From: Auanema rhodensis
Lineage: Eukaryota; Animalia; Nematoda
Assembly (NCBI GenBank): GCA_964057225.1
Contig: OZ059894.1
Coordinates: 24,490,001 to 24,554,000 of the forward strand
Direction: 5' to 3'
Length of the DNA: 64,000 nucleotides
In this document: in pieces, positions 1 to 13,900 of the stretch
Layout: every line of letters begins with the position of its first letter
How positions within the stretch are numbered: position 1 is the first letter of the stretch
The notes under the pieces: model-generated
Databases searched by the model: none
Told to the model about the DNA's origin: nothing
The model's input: the letters and a program-made list of their open reading frames with translations, nothing else
Position numbers and translations under genes: made by a program

Positions 1-38
1 CCATATTAGTCTAAAAACAAATTTTTATTGATATTGGT

Positions 39-53
39 TCATGGTAACCATGA
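39..53. other. Interrupted palindrome TCATGGT-A-ACCATGA, repeated in each monomer (7-bp arms in T39 monomers, 6-bp arms in G39 monomers)
   Basis: Read directly: the reverse complement of TCATGGT is ACCATGA. Contains a GGTNACC (BstEII) site. Confidence 0.95.
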
Positions 54-126
54 CTTTGAAATTTACGTGAACTTTAATTTATGCTAATTAAATGTACACG
101 TGATGTGCACTTGGTATGTAACTCGC

Positions 127-136
127 TTCACGTGAA
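127..136. other. Perfect 10-bp palindrome TTCACGTGAA (E-box/G-box core CACGTG), repeated in nearly every monomer
   Basis: Read directly. There is a second CACGTG at monomer 97-102 and a degenerate TACGTG at 64-69. The motif is certain; protein binding is not shown. Confidence 0.9.
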
Positions 137-3100
137 AGATAAAGAGATGCGGTTTTCAAAATTAGATTCCCCATGTCCATATTAGTCTAAAAACAAATTT
201 TTATTGATATTGGTTCATGGTAACCATGACTTTGAAATTTACGTGAACTTCAATTTATGCTAATTAAATGTACACGTGATGTGCACTTGGTATGTAACTC
301 GCTTCACGTGAAAGATGAAGAGATGCGGTTTTCAAAATTAGATTCCCTATGTCCATATTAGTCTAATAACAAATTTTTATTGATATTGGTGCATGGTAAC
401 CATGACTTTGAAATTTACGTGAACTTTAATTTATGCTAATTAAATGTACACGTGATGTGCACTTGGTATGTAACTCGCTTCACGTGAAAGATAAAGAGAT
501 GCGGTTTTCAAAATTAGATTCCCCATGTCCATATTAGTCTAAAAACAAATTTTTATTGATATTGGTTCATGGTAACCATGACTTTGAAATTTACGTGAAC
601 TTCAATTTATGCTAATTAAATGTACACGTGATGTGCACTTGGTATGTAACTCGCTTCACGTGAAAGATAAAGAGATGCGGTTTTCAAAATTAGATTCCCC
701 ATGTCCATATTAGTCTAAAAACAAATTTTTATTGATATTGGTTCATGGTAACCATGACTTTGAAATTTACGTGAACTTCAATTTATGCTAATTAAATGTA
801 CACGTGATGTGCACTTGGTATGTAACTCGCTTCACTTGAAAGATGAAGAGATGCGGTTTTCAAAATTAGATTCCCCATGTCCATATTAGTCTAAAAACAA
901 ATTTTTATTGATATTGGTTCATGGTAACCATGATTTTGAAATTTACGTGAACTTTAATTTATGCTAATTAAATGTACACGTGATGTGCACTTGGTATGTA
1001 ACTCGCTTCACGTGAAAGATAAAGAGATGCGGTTTTCAAAATTAGATTCCCCATGTCCATATTAGTCTAAAAACAAATTTTTATTGATATTGGTGCATGG
1101 TAACCATGACTTTGAAATTTACGTGAACTTTAATTTATGCTAATTAAATGTACACGTGATGGGCACTTGGTATGTAACTCGCTTCACGTGAAAGATAAAG
1201 AGATGCGGTTTTCAAAATTAGATTCCCCATGTCCATATTAGTCTAAAAACAAATTTTTATTGATATTGGTGCATGGTAACCATGACTTTGAAATTTACGT
1301 GAATTTTAATTTATGCTAATTAAATGTACACGTGATGTGCACTTGGTATGTAACTAGCTTCACGTGAAAGATAAAGAGATGCGGTTTCCAAAATTAGATT
1401 CCCCATGTCCATATTAGTCTAAAAACAAATTTTTATTGATATTGGTGCATGGTAACCATGACTTTGAAATTTACGTGAACTTTAATTTATGCTAATTAAA
1501 TGTACACGTGATGTGCACTTGGTATGTAACTCGCTTCACGTGAAAGATAAAGAGATGCGGTTTTCAAAATTAGATTCCCCATGTCCATATTAGTCTAAAA
1601 ACAAATTTTTATTGGTATTGGTGCATGGTAACCATGACTTTGAAATTTACGTGAACTTTAATTTATGCTAATTAAATGTACACGTGATGTGCACTTGGTA
1701 TGTAACTCGCTTCACGTGAAAGATAAAGAGATGCGGTTTTCAAAATTAGATTCCCCATGTCCATATTAGTCTAAAAACAAATTTTTATTGATATTGGTTC
1801 ATGGTAACCATGACTTTGAAATTTACGTGAACTTTAATTTATGCTAATTAAATGTACACGTGATGTGCACTTGGTATGTAACTCGCTTCACGTGAAAGAT
1901 AAAGAGATGCGGTTTTCAAAATTAGATTCCCCATGTCCATATTAGTCTAAAAACAAATTTTTATTGATATTGGTTCATGGTAACCATGACTTTGAAATTT
2001 ACGTGAACTTCAATTTATGCTAATTAAATGTACACGTGATGTGCACTTGGTATGTAACTCGCTTCACGTGAAAGATGAAGAGATGCGGTTTTCAAAATTA
2101 GATTCCCTATGTCCATATTAGTCTAATAACAAATTTTTATTGATATTGGTGCATGGTAACCATGACTTTGAAATTTACGTGAACTTTAATTTATGCTAAT
2201 TAAATGTACACGTGATGTGCACTTGGTATGTAACTCGCTTCACGTGAAAGATAAAGAGATGCGGTTTTCAAAATTAGATTCCCCATGTCCATATTAGTCT
2301 AAAAACAAATTTTTATTGATATTGGTTCATGGTAACCATGACTTTGAAATTTACGTGAACTTCAATTTATGCTAATTAAATGTACACGTGATGTGCACTT
2401 GGTATGTAACTCGCTTCACGTGAAAGATGAAGAGATGCGGTTTTCAAAATTAGATTCCCTATGTCCATATTAGTCTAATAACAAATTTTTATTGATATTG
2501 GTGCATGGTAACCATGACTTTGAAATTTACGTGAACTTTAATTTATGCTAATTAAATGTACACGTGATGTGCACTTGGTATGTAACTCGCTTCACGTGAA
2601 AGATAAAGAGATGCGGTTTTCAAAATTAGATTCCCTATGTCCATATTAGTCTAATAACAAATTTTTATTGATATTGGTGCATGGTAACCATGACTTTGAA
2701 ATTTACGTGAACTTTAATTTATGCTAATTAAATGTACACGTGATGTGCACTTGGTATGTAACTCGCTTCACGTGAAAGATGAAGAGATGCGGTTTTCAAA
2801 ATTAGATTCCCCATGTCCATATTAGTCTAAAAACAAATTTTTATTGATATTGGTTCATGGTAACCATGATTTTGAAATTTACGTGAACTTTAATTTATGC
2901 TAATTAAATGTACACGTGATGTGCACTTGGTATGTAACTCGCTTCACGTGAAAGATAAAGAGATGCGGTTTTCAAAATTAGATTCCCCATGTCCATATTA
3001 GTCTAAAAACAAATTTTTATTGATATTGGTGCATGGTAACCATGACTTTGAAATTTACGTGAACTTTAATTTATGCTAATTAAATGTACACGTGATGGGC

Positions 3101-6100
3101 ACTTGGTATGTAACTCGCTTCACGTGAAAGATAAAGAGATGCGGTTTTCAAAATTAGATTCCCCATGTCCATATTAGTCTAAAAACAAATTTTTATTGAT
3201 ATTGGTGCATGGTAACCATGACTTTGAAATTTACGTGAATTTTAATTTATGCTAATTAAATGTACACGTGATGTGCACTTGGTATGTAACTAGCTTCACG
3301 TGAAAGATAAAGAGATGCGGTTTCCAAAATTAGATTCCCCATGTCCATATTAGTCTAAAAACAAATTTTTATTGATATTGGTGCATGGTAACCATGACTT
3401 TGAAATTTACGTGAACTTTAATTTATGCTAATTAAATGTACACGTGATGTGCACTTGGTATGTAACTCGCTTCACGTGAAAGATAAAGAGATGCGGTTTT
3501 CAAAATTAGATTCCCCATGTCCATATTAGTCTAAAAACAAATTTTTATTGGTATTGGTGCATGGTAACCATGACTTTGAAATTTACGTGAACTTTAATTT
3601 ATGCTAATTAAATGTACACGTGATGTGCACTTGGTATGTAACTCGCTTCACGTGAAAGATAAAGAGATGCGGTTTTCAAAATTAGATTCCCCATGTCCAT
3701 ATTAGTCTAAAAACAAATTTTTATTGATATTGGTTCATGGTAACCATGACTTTGAAATTTACGTGAACTTTAATTTATGCTAATTAAATGTACACGTGAT
3801 GTGCACTTGGTATGTAACTCGCTTCACGTGAAAGATAAAGAGATGCGGTTTTCAAAATTAGATTCCCCATGTCCATATTAGTCTAAAAACAAATTTTTAT
3901 TGATATTGGTTCATGGTAACCATGACTTTGAAATTTACGTGAACTTCAATTTATGCTAATTAAATGTACACGTGATGTGCACTTGGTATGTAACTCGCTT
4001 CACGTGAAAGATGAAGAGATGCGGTTTTCAAAATTAGATTCCCTATGTCCATATTAGTCTAATAACAAATTTTTATTGATATTGGTGCATGGTAACCATG
4101 ACTTTGAAATTTACGTGAACTTTAATTTATGCTAATTAAATGTACACGTGATGTGCACTTGGTATGTAACTCGCTTCACGTGAAAGATAAAGAGATGCGG
4201 TTTTCAAAATTAGATTCCCCATGTCCATATTAGTCTAAAAACAAATTTTTATTGATATTGGTTCATGGTAACCATGACTTTGAAATTTACGTGAACTTCA
4301 ATTTATGCTAATTAAATGTACACGTGATGTGCACTTGGTATGTAACTCGCTTCACGTGAAAGATAAAGAGATGCGGTTTTCAAAATTAGATTCCCCATGT
4401 CCATATTAGTCTAAAAACAAATTTTTATTGATATTGGTTCATGGTAACCATGACTTTGAAATTTACGTGAACTTCAATTTATGCTAATTAAATGTACACG
4501 TGATGTGCACTTGGTATGTAACTCGCTTCACTTGAAAGATGAAGAGATGCGGTTTTCAAAATTAGATTCCCCATGTCCATATTAGTCTAAAAACAAATTT
4601 TTATTGATATTGGTTCATGGTAACCATGATTTTGAAATTTACGTGAACTTTAATTTATGCTAATTAAATGTACACGTGATGTGCACTTGGTATGTAACTC
4701 GCTTCACGTGAAAGATAAAGAGATGCGGTTTTCAAAATTAGATTCCCCATGTCCATATTAGTCTAAAAACAAATTTTTATTGATATTGGTGCATGGTAAC
4801 CATGACTTTGAAATTTACGTGAACTTTAATTTATGCTAATTAAATGTACACGTGATGGGCACTTGGTATGTAACTCGCTTCACGTGAAAGATAAAGAGAT
4901 GCGGTTTTCAAAATTAGATTCCCCATGTCCATATTAGTCTAAAAACAAATTTTTATTGGTATTGGTGCATGGTAACCATGACTTTGAAATTTACGTGAAC
5001 TTTAATTTATGCTAATTAAATGTACACGTGATGTGCACTTGGTATGTAACTCGCTTCACGTGAAAGATAAAGAGATGCGGTTTTCAAAATTAGATTCCCC
5101 ATGTCCATATTAGTCTAAAAACAAATTTTTATTGATATTGGTTCATGGTAACCATGACTTTGAAATTTACGTGAACTTTAATTTATGCTAATTAAATGTA
5201 CACGTGATGTGCACTTGGTATGTAACTCGCTTCACGTGAAAGATAAAGAGATGCGGTTTTCAAAATTAGATTCCCCATGTCCATATTAGTCTAAAAACAA
5301 ATTTTTATTGATATTGGTTCATGGTAACCATGACTTTGAAATTTACGTGAACTTCAATTTATGCTAATTAAATGTACACGTGATGTGCACTTGGTATGTA
5401 ACTCGCTTCACGTGAAAGATGAAGAGATGCGGTTTTCAAAATTAGATTCCCTATGTCCATATTAGTCTAATAACAAATTTTTATTGATATTGGTGCATGG
5501 TAACCATGACTTTGAAATTTACGTGAACTTTAATTTATGCTAATTAAATGTACACGTGATGTGCACTTGGTATGTAACTCGCTTCACGTGAAAGATAAAG
5601 AGATGCGGTTTTCAAAATTAGATTCCCCATGTCCATATTAGTCTAAAAACAAATTTTTATTGATATTGGTTCATGGTAACCATGACTTTGAAATTTACGT
5701 GAACTTCAATTTATGCTAATTAAATGTACACGTGATGTGCACTTGGTATGTAACTCGCTTCACGTGAAAGATAAAGAGATGCGGTTTTCAAAATTAGATT
5801 CCCCATGTCCATATTAGTCTAAAAACAAATTTTTATTGATATTGGTTCATGGTAACCATGACTTTGAAATTTACGTGAACTTCAATTTATGCTAATTAAA
5901 TGTACACGTGATGTGCACTTGGTATGTAACTCGCTTCACTTGAAAGATGAAGAGATGCGGTTTTCAAAATTAGATTCCCCATGTCCATATTAGTCTAAAA
6001 ACAAATTTTTATTGATATTGGTTCATGGTAACCATGATTTTGAAATTTACGTGAACTTTAATTTATGCTAATTAAATGTACACGTGATGTGCACTTGGTA

Positions 6101-7920
6101 TGTAACTCGCTTCACGTGAAAGATAAAGAGATGCGGTTTTCAAAATTAGATTCCCCATGTCCATATTAGTCTAAAAACAAATTTTTATTGATATTGGTGC
6201 ATGGTAACCATGACTTTGAAATTTACGTGAACTTTAATTTATGCTAATTAAATGTACACGTGATGGGCACTTGGTATGTAACTCGCTTCACGTGAAAGAT
6301 AAAGAGATGCGGTTTTCAAAATTAGATTCCCCATGTCCATATTAGTCTAAAAACAAATTTTTATTGATATTGGTGCATGGTAACCATGACTTTGAAATTT
6401 ACGTGAATTTTAATTTATGCTAATTAAATGTACACGTGATGTGCACTTGGTATGTAACTAGCTTCACGTGAAAGATAAAGAGATGCGGTTTCCAAAATTA
6501 GATTCCCCATGTCCATATTAGTCTAAAAACAAATTTTTATTGATATTGGTGCATGGTAACCATGACTTTGAAATTTACGTGAACTTTAATTTATGCTAAT
6601 TAAATGTACACGTGATGTGCACTTGGTATGTAACTCGCTTCACGTGAAAGATAAAGAGATGCGGTTTTCAAAATTAGATTCCCCATGTCCATATTAGTCT
6701 AAAAACAAATTTTTATTGGTATTGGTGCATGGTAACCATGACTTTGAAATTTACGTGAACTTTAATTTATGCTAATTAAATGTACACGTGATGTGCACTT
6801 GGTATGTAACTCGCTTCACGTGAAAGATAAAGAGATGCGGTTTTCAAAATTAGATTCCCCATGTCCATATTAGTCTAAAAACAAATTTTTATTGATATTG
6901 GTTCATGGTAACCATGACTTTGAAATTTACGTGAACTTTAATTTATGCTAATTAAATGTACACGTGATGTGCACTTGGTATGTAACTCGCTTCACGTGAA
7001 AGATAAAGAGATGCGGTTTTCAAAATTAGATTCCCCATGTCCATATTAGTCTAAAAACAAATTTTTATTGATATTGGTTCATGGTAACCATGACTTTGAA
7101 ATTTACGTGAACTTCAATTTATGCTAATTAAATGTACACGTGATGTGCACTTGGTATGTAACTCGCTTCACGTGAAAGATGAAGAGATGCGGTTTTCAAA
7201 ATTAGATTCCCTATGTCCATATTAGTCTAATAACAAATTTTTATTGATATTGGTGCATGGTAACCATGACTTTGAAATTTACGTGAACTTTAATTTATGC
7301 TAATTAAATGTACACGTGATGTGCACTTGGTATGTAACTCGCTTCACGTGAAAGATAAAGAGATGCGGTTTTCAAAATTAGATTCCCCATGTCCATATTA
7401 GTCTAAAAACAAATTTTTATTGATATTGGTTCATGGTAACCATGACTTTGAAATTTACGTGAACTTCAATTTATGCTAATTAAATGTACACGTGATGTGC
7501 ACTTGGTATGTAACTCGCTTCACGTGAAAGATGAAGAGATGCGGTTTTCAAAATTAGATTCCCTATGTCCATATTAGTCTAATAACAAATTTTTATTGAT
7601 ATTGGTGCATGGTAACCATGACTTTGAAATTTACGTGAACTTTAATTTATGCTAATTAAATGTACACGTGATGTGCACTTGGTATGTAACTCGCTTCACG
7701 TGAAAGATAAAGAGATGCGGTTTTCAAAATTAGATTCCCCATGTCCATATTAGTCTAAAAACAAATTTTTATTGATATTGGTGCATGGTAACCATGACTT
7801 TGAAATTTACGTGAACTTTAATTTATGCTAATTAAATGTACACGTGATGTGCACTTGGTATGTAACTCGCTTCACGTGTAAGATAAAGAGATGCGGTTTT
7901 CAAAATTAGATTCCCCATGT

Positions 7921-10900
7921 CCATATTAGTCTAAAAACAAATTTTTATTGATATTGGTTCATGGTAACCATGACTTTGAAATTTACGTGAACTTTAATTT
8001 ATGCTAATTAAATGTACACGTGATGTGCACTTGGTATGTAACTCGCTTCACGTGAAAGATAAAGAGATGCGGTTTTCAAAATTAGATTCCCCATGTCCAT
8101 ATTAGTCTAAAAACAAATTTTTATTGATATTGGTTCATGGTAACCATGACTTTGAAATTTACGTGAACTTCAATTTATGCTAATTAAATGTACACGTGAT
8201 GTGCACTTGGTATGTAACTCGCTTCACTTGAAAGATGAAGAGATGCGGTTTTCAAAATTAGATTCCCTATGTCCATATTAGTCTAAAAACAAATTTTTAT
8301 TGATATTGGTTCATGGTAACCATGACTTTGAAATTTACGTGAACTTCAATTTATGCTAATTAAATGTACACGTGATGTGCACTTGGTATGTAACTCGCTT
8401 CACGTGAAAGATGAAGAGATGCGGTTTTCAAAATTAGATTCCCTATGTCCATATTAGTCTAAAAACAAATTTTTATTGATATTGGTTCATGGTAACCATG
8501 ACTTTGAAATTTACGTGAACTTTAATTTATGCTAATTAAATGTACACGTGATGGGCACTTGGTATGTAACTCGCTTCACGTGAAAGATAAAGAGATGCGG
8601 TTTTCAAAATTAGATTCCCCATGTCCATATTAGTCTAAAAACAAATTTTTATTGATATTGGTGCATGGTAACCATGACTTTGAAATTTACGTGAATTTTA
8701 ATTTATGCTAATTAAATGTACACGTGATGTGCACTTGGTATGTAACTAGCTTCACGTGAAAGATAAAGAGATGCGGTTTTCAAAATTAGATTCCCTATGT
8801 CCATATTAGTCTAAAAACAAATTTTTATTGATATTGGTTCATGGTAACCATGACTTTGAAATTTACGTGAACTTTAATTTATGCTAATTAAATGTACACG
8901 TGATGGGCACTTGGTATGTAACTCGCTTCACGTGAAAGATAAAGAGATGCGGTTTTCAAAATTAGATTCCCCATGTCCATATTAGTCTAAAAACAAATTT
9001 TTATTGATATTGGTGCATGGTAACCATGACTTTGAAATTTACGTGAATTTTAATTTATGCTAATTAAATGTACACGTGATGTGCACTTGGTATGTAACTA
9101 GCTTCACGTGAAAGATAAAGAGATGCGGTTTTCAAAATTAGATTCCCCATGTCCATATTAGTCTAAAAACAAATTTTTATTGATATTGGTGCATGGTAAC
9201 CATGACTTTGAAATTTACGTGAACTTCAATTTATGCTAATTAAATGTACACGTGATGTGCACTTGGTATGTAACTCGCTTCACGTGAAAGATAAAGAGAT
9301 GCGGTTTTCAAAATTAGATTCCCCATGTCCATATTAGTCTAAAAACAAATTTTTTTTGATATTGGTGCATGGTAACCATGACTTTGAAATTTACGTGAAC
9401 TTTAATTTATGCTAATTAAATGTACACGTGATGTGCACTTGGTATGTAACTCGCTTCACGTGAAAGATAAAGAGATGCGGTTTTCAAAATTAGATTCCCC
9501 ATGTCCATATTAGTCTAAAAACAAATTTTTATTGATATTGGTTCATGGTAACCATGACTTTGAAATTTACGTGAACTTCAATTTATGCTAATTAAATGTA
9601 CACGTGATGTGCACTTGGTATGTAACTCGCTTCACGTGAAAGATGAAGAGATGCGGTTTTCAAAATTAGATTCCCTATGTCCATATTAGTCTAATAAGAA
9701 ATTTTTATTGATATTGGTGCATGGTAACCATGACTTTGAAATTTACGTGAACTTCAATTTATGCTAATTAAATGTACACGTGATGTGCACTTGGTATGTA
9801 ACTTGCTTCACGTGAAAGATAAAGAGATGCGGTTTTCAAAATTAGATTCCCCATGTCCATATTAGTCTAAAAACAAATTTTTATTGATATTGGTTCATGG
9901 TAACCATGACTTTGAAATTTACGTGAACTTTAATTTATGCTAATTAAATGTACACGTGATGTGCACTTGGTATGTAACTCGCTTCACGTGAAAGATAAAG
10001 AGATGCGGTTTTCAAAATTAGATTCCCCATGTCCATATTAGTCTAAAAACAAATTTTTATTGATATTGGTGCATGGTAACCATGACTTTGAAATTTACGT
10101 GAATTTTAATTTATGCTAATTAAATGTACACGTGATGTGCACTTGGTATGTAACTAGCTTCACGTGAAAGATAAAGAGATGCGGTTTTCAAAATTAGATT
10201 CCCTATGTCCATATTAGTCTAAAAACAAATTTTTATTGATATTGGTTCATGGTAACCATGACTTTGAAATTTACGTGAACTTTAATTTATGCTAATTAAA
10301 TGTACACGTGATGGGCACTTGGTATGTAACTCGCTTCACGTGAAAGATAAAGAGATGCGGTTTTCAAAATTAGATTCCCCATGTCCATATTAGTCTAAAA
10401 ACAAATTTTTATTGATATTGGTGCATGGTAACCATGACTTTGAAATTTACGTGAATTTTAATTTATGCTAATTAAATGTACACGTGATGTGCACTTGGTA
10501 TGTAACTAGCTTCACGTGAAAGATAAAGAGATGCGGTTTTCAAAATTAGATTCCCCATGTCCATATTAGTCTAAAAACAAATTTTTATTGATATTGGTGC
10601 ATGGTAACCATGACTTTGAAATTTACGTGAACTTCAATTTATGCTAATTAAATGTACACGTGATGTGCACTTGGTATGTAACTCGCTTCACGTGAAAGAT
10701 AAAGAGATGCGGTTTTCAAAATTAGATTCCCCATGTCCATATTAGTCTAAAAACAAATTTTTTTTGATATTGGTGCATGGTAACCATGACTTTGAAATTT
10801 ACGTGAACTTTAATTTATGCTAATTAAATGTACACGTGATGTGCACTTGGTATGTAACTCGCTTCACGTGAAAGATAAAGAGATGCGGTTTTCAAAATTA

Positions 10901-13900
10901 GATTCCCCATGTCCATATTAGTCTAAAAACAAATTTTTATTGATATTGGTTCATGGTAACCATGACTTTGAAATTTACGTGAACTTCAATTTATGCTAAT
11001 TAAATGTACACGTGATGTGCACTTGGTATGTAACTCGCTTCACGTGAAAGATGAAGAGATGCGGTTTTCAAAATTAGATTCCCTATGTCCATATTAGTCT
11101 AATAAGAAATTTTTATTGATATTGGTGCATGGTAACCATGACTTTGAAATTTACGTGAACTTCAATTTATGCTAATTAAATGTACACGTGATGTGCACTT
11201 GGTATGTAACTCGCTTCACGTGAAAGATAAAGAGATGCGGTTTTCAAAATTAGATTCCCCATGTCCATATTAGTCTAAAAACAAATTTTTATTGATATTG
11301 GTTCATGGTAACCATGACTTTGAAATTTACGTGAACTTTAATTTATGCTAATTAAATGTACACGTGATGTGCACTTGGTATGTAACTCGCTTCACGTGAA
11401 AGATAAAGAGATGCGGTTTTCAAAATTAGATTCCCCATGTCCATATTAGTCTAAAAACAAATTTTTATTGATATTGGTTCATGGTAACCATGACTTTGAA
11501 ATTTACGTGAACTTCAATTTATGCTAATTAAATGTACACGTGATGTGCACTTGGTATGTAACTCGCTTCACGTGAAAGATGAAGAGATGCGGTTTTCAAA
11601 ATTAGATTCCCTATGTCCATATTAGTTTAATAACAAATTTTTATTGATATTGGTGCATGGTAACCATGACTTTGAAATTTACGTGAACTTTAATTTATGC
11701 TAATTAAATGTACACGTGATGTGCACTTGGTATGTAACTCGCTTCACGTGAAAGATAAAGAGATGCGGTTTTCAAAATTAGATTCCCCATGTCCATATTA
11801 GTCTAAAAACAAATTTTTATTGATATTGGTTCATGGTAACCATGACTTTGAAATTTACGTGAACTTCAATTTATGCTAATTAAATGTACACGTGATGTGC
11901 ACTTGGTATGTAACTCGCTTCACGTGAAAGATGAAGAGATGCGGTTTTCAAAATTAGATTCCCTATGTCCATATTAGTCTAATAACAAATCTTTATTGAT
12001 ATTGGTGCATGGTAACCATGACTTTGAAATTTACGTGAACTTTAATTTATGCTAATTAAATGTACACTTGATGTGCACTTGGTATGTAACTCGCTTCACG
12101 TGAAAGATAAAGAGATGCGGTTTTCAAAATTAGATTCCCCATGTCCATATTAGTCTAAAAACAAATTTTTATTGATATTGGTTCATGGTAACCATGACTT
12201 TGAAATTTACGTGAACTTCAATTTATGCTAATTAAATGTACACGTGATGTGCACTTGGTATGTAACTCGCTTCACGTGAAAGATGAAGAGATGCGGTTTT
12301 CAAAATTAGATTCCCTATGTCCATATTAGTCTAATAACAAATTTTTATTGATATTGGTGCATGGTAACCATGACTTTGAAATTTACGTGAACTTTAATTT
12401 ATGCTAATTAAATGTACACGTGATGTGCACTTGGTATGTAACTCGCTTCACGTGAAAGATAAAGAGATGCGGTTTTCAAAATTAGATTCCCCATGTCCAT
12501 ATTAGTCTAAAAACAAATTTTTATTGATATTGGTTCATGGTAACCATGACTTTGAAATTTACGTGAACTTTAATTTATGCTAATTAAATGTACACGTGAT
12601 GTGCACTTGGTATGTAACTCGCTTCACGTGAAAGATAAAGAGATGCGGTTTTCAAAATTAGATTCCCCATGTCCATATTAGTCTAAAAACAAATTTTTAT
12701 TGATATTGGTTCATGGTAACCATGACTTTGAAATTTACGTGAACTTCAATTTATGCTAATTAAATGTACACGTGATGTGCACTTGGTATGTAACTCGCTT
12801 CACGTGAAAGATGAAGAGATGCGGTTTTCAAAATTAGATTCCCTATGTCCATATTAGTCTAAAAACAAATTTTTATTGATATTGGTTCATGGTAACCATG
12901 ACTTTGAAATTTACGTGAACTTCAATTTATGCTAATTAAATGTACACGTGATGTGCACTTGGTATGTAACTCGCTTCACTTGAAAGATGAAGAGATGCGG
13001 TTTTCAAAATTAGATTCCCTATGTCCATATTAGTCTAAAAACAAATTTTTATTGATATTGGTTCATGGTAACCATGACTTTGAAATTTACGTGAACTTCA
13101 ATTTATGCTAATTAAATGTACACGTGATGTGCACTTGGTATGTAACTCGCTTCACGTGAAAGATGAAGAGATGCGGTTTTCAAAATTAGATTCCCTATGT
13201 CCATATTAGTCTAAAAACAAATTTTTATTGATATTGGTTCATGGTAACCATGACTTTGAAATTTACGTGAACTTTAATTTATGCTAATTAAATGTACACG
13301 TGATGGGCACTTGGTATGTAACTCGCTTCACGTGAAAGATAAAGAGATGCGGTTTTCAAAATTAGATTCCCCATGTCCATATTAGTCTAAAAACAAATTT
13401 TTATTGATTTTGGTGCATGGTAACCATGACTTTGAAATTTACGTGAACTTTAATTTATGCTAATTAAATGTACACGTGATGGGCACTTGGTATGTAACTC
13501 GCTTCACGTGAAAGATAAAGAGATGCGGTTTTCAAAATTAGATTCCCCATGTCCATATTAGTCTAAAAACAAATTTTTATTGATATTGGTGCATGGTAAC
13601 CATGACTTTGAAATTTACGTGAATTTTAATTTATGCTAATTAAATGTACACGTGATGTGCACTTGGTATGTAACTAGCTTCACGTGAAAGATAAAGAGAT
13701 GCGGTTTTCAAAATTAGATTCCCCATGTCCATATTAGTCTAAAAACAAATTTTTATTGATATTGGTGCATGGTAACCATGACTTTGAAATTTACGTGAAC
13801 TTCAATTTATGCTAATTAAATGTACACGTGATGTGCACTTGGTATGTAACTCGCTTCACGTGAAAGATAAAGAGATGCGGTTTTCAAAATTAGATTCCCC

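Larger units (their letters stand above)
1..176 (+). repeat. Representative consensus monomer (176 bp, ~32% GC; position 39 polymorphic T/G)
   Basis: CCATATTAGTCTAAAAACAAATTTTTATTGATATTGGT(T/G)CATGGTAACCATGACTTTGAAATTTACGTGAACTTTAATTTATGCTAATTAAATGTACACGTGATGTGCACTTGGTATGTAACTCGCTTCACGTGAAAGATAAAGAGATGCGGTTTTCAAAATTAGATTCCCCATGT; 56 G+C in 176 by hand count. Confidence 0.98.
1..7744. repeat. HOR domain A: ~10-monomer (1760-bp) higher-order repeat with 11-mer and 8-mer variants
   Basis: Private marker A31G at 1615, 3551, 4959, 6719 and T156C at 1388, 3324, 6492. The monomer order in 1-1760 repeats in 5105-6864. Confidence 0.88.

Noticed and set aside
13-163. Regular ~10-bp phased A-tracts causing strong curvature
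   Set aside because: A/T tracts are present (13-26, 55-64, 73-80, 153-163), but I could not establish consistent 10-11-bp phasing by eye. A curvature calculation is needed.
1-176. Identity with Brassica CentBr (176 bp), Arabidopsis CEN178 or primate alpha satellite
   Set aside because: Only the length is similar. The consensus does not resemble these sequences as I recall them, and a database search is needed for any family assignment.
1-176. Tandem 5S rRNA, tRNA or snRNA gene array
   Set aside because: No 5S-like sequence, cloverleaf or convincing Pol III A/B/C boxes, and the unit is too AT-rich.
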